Below are positions 63,291 through 64,000 of a stretch of DNA of 64,000 nt, one piece after another (positions within the stretch are counted from its first letter, which is position 1; each line of letters opens with the position of its first letter). The notes under the pieces are model-generated. The model was not told the origin of the DNA. It worked only from the letters and a program-made list of their open reading frames with translations, and ran no database searches. A program made the translations under genes and the position numbers. This DNA is from Mobula birostris (lineage: Eukaryota), in contig NC_092374.1 in assembly GCF_030028105.1 (NCBI RefSeq), positions 182,731,487 through 182,795,486 on the forward strand, written 5' to 3'.

Positions 63291-64000
63291 CAAGGAGGCA
63301 TTTCTTTTTTTCTTTCAAAAACCCATGTTGACTCTGCGTAATCCTAATAACCTCTTCAAGGTATATTACTATTACATCTTTCATTAAAGATTCTTACAAT
63401 GCTCTCTCCAATGACATGGGAAAATAGAGTTGTACAGCACTGAAACAGGCCCTTTGGCCGATCAGACTTGTGCTGTACCCTTCTACACTAACCCCCTTTA
63501 CCCACATTATGTTTGTTGTTTTTTATGTCCTGATGAATCAAGCATTGTCTAGAGGCTTCTTAAAAGATTAGTAGTTTCCTGTTTTCTTAAATGTTTGGGG
63601 TCACCATTATCCAAAACATATGAGATCCTAAGGGGGATTGACGGGGTAGATGTTTAGATGGTTCCAATAGTTGGAAAGTCTCAAATGAGGGGGCATAGTT
63701 TAAGTATCAGGGCTGGACATTTAACATTGAGGTGTGTGGGTGCTTCTCTCATAAGGCATTGATTCTGTGAAATTCTCCACCTCAGAAGGTGGTGGGGGCT
63801 GGATAATGAGAAGAATTAAAGGTGGAGTTAGATACATTATTGAAAGATTGAGGGAATTGGCATGGAAGAGAAGTTGAGGCCAGCATAGATCATCCACTGA
63901 GGAGCCAGGTGGCCTACTCCTGCTCCTGTTTTCTCGTGTTCTTGTGCCCATCACACTCTGGTTTTCTGTTTCTCACATCCTTCATTCCCAGTTCAAGTTC

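Overview
Vertebrate genomic DNA, most likely from an elasmobranch (shark or ray), judged from the repeat content: dense CR1 LINEs, V-domain tRNA-SINEs, Penelope-like and Rex/Babar elements. The window holds two tandem, same-strand BTB/POZ-zinc-finger genes of the ZBTB9/22/43 subfamily. Gene 1 is ZBTB22-like: CDS join(15499..16074,17342..18199), 477 aa, with a probable non-coding first exon in a CpG island at ~11.7-12.2 kb. Gene 2 is ZBTB43-like: single coding exon 51122..52609, 495 aa, with a probable first exon in a CpG island at ~40.2-41.0 kb that contains a CpG-rich minisatellite. A lone 96-nt coiled-coil exon with a GC donor lies on the minus strand (4341-4436) and resembles a TRIM-family exon. 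Most of the remainder is retroelement-derived, including a CR1>Penelope>CR1 nest (25.9-33.4 kb), a young CR1 with a 9-bp TSD, and a family of Penelope-derived fold-back elements with 13-17 bp TSDs carrying mostly decayed minimal hammerhead-ribozyme motifs. The most notable observations are an apparently gained, repeat-filled intron at an AG|GT site in the poly-Glu linker of gene 1 (absent from gene 2), an intronic stop plus AATAAA that could give a BTB-only isoform, and the hammerhead-bearing fold-back family. Orthology and repeat-family names rest on recalled motifs, not database searches; repeat boundaries are approximate.
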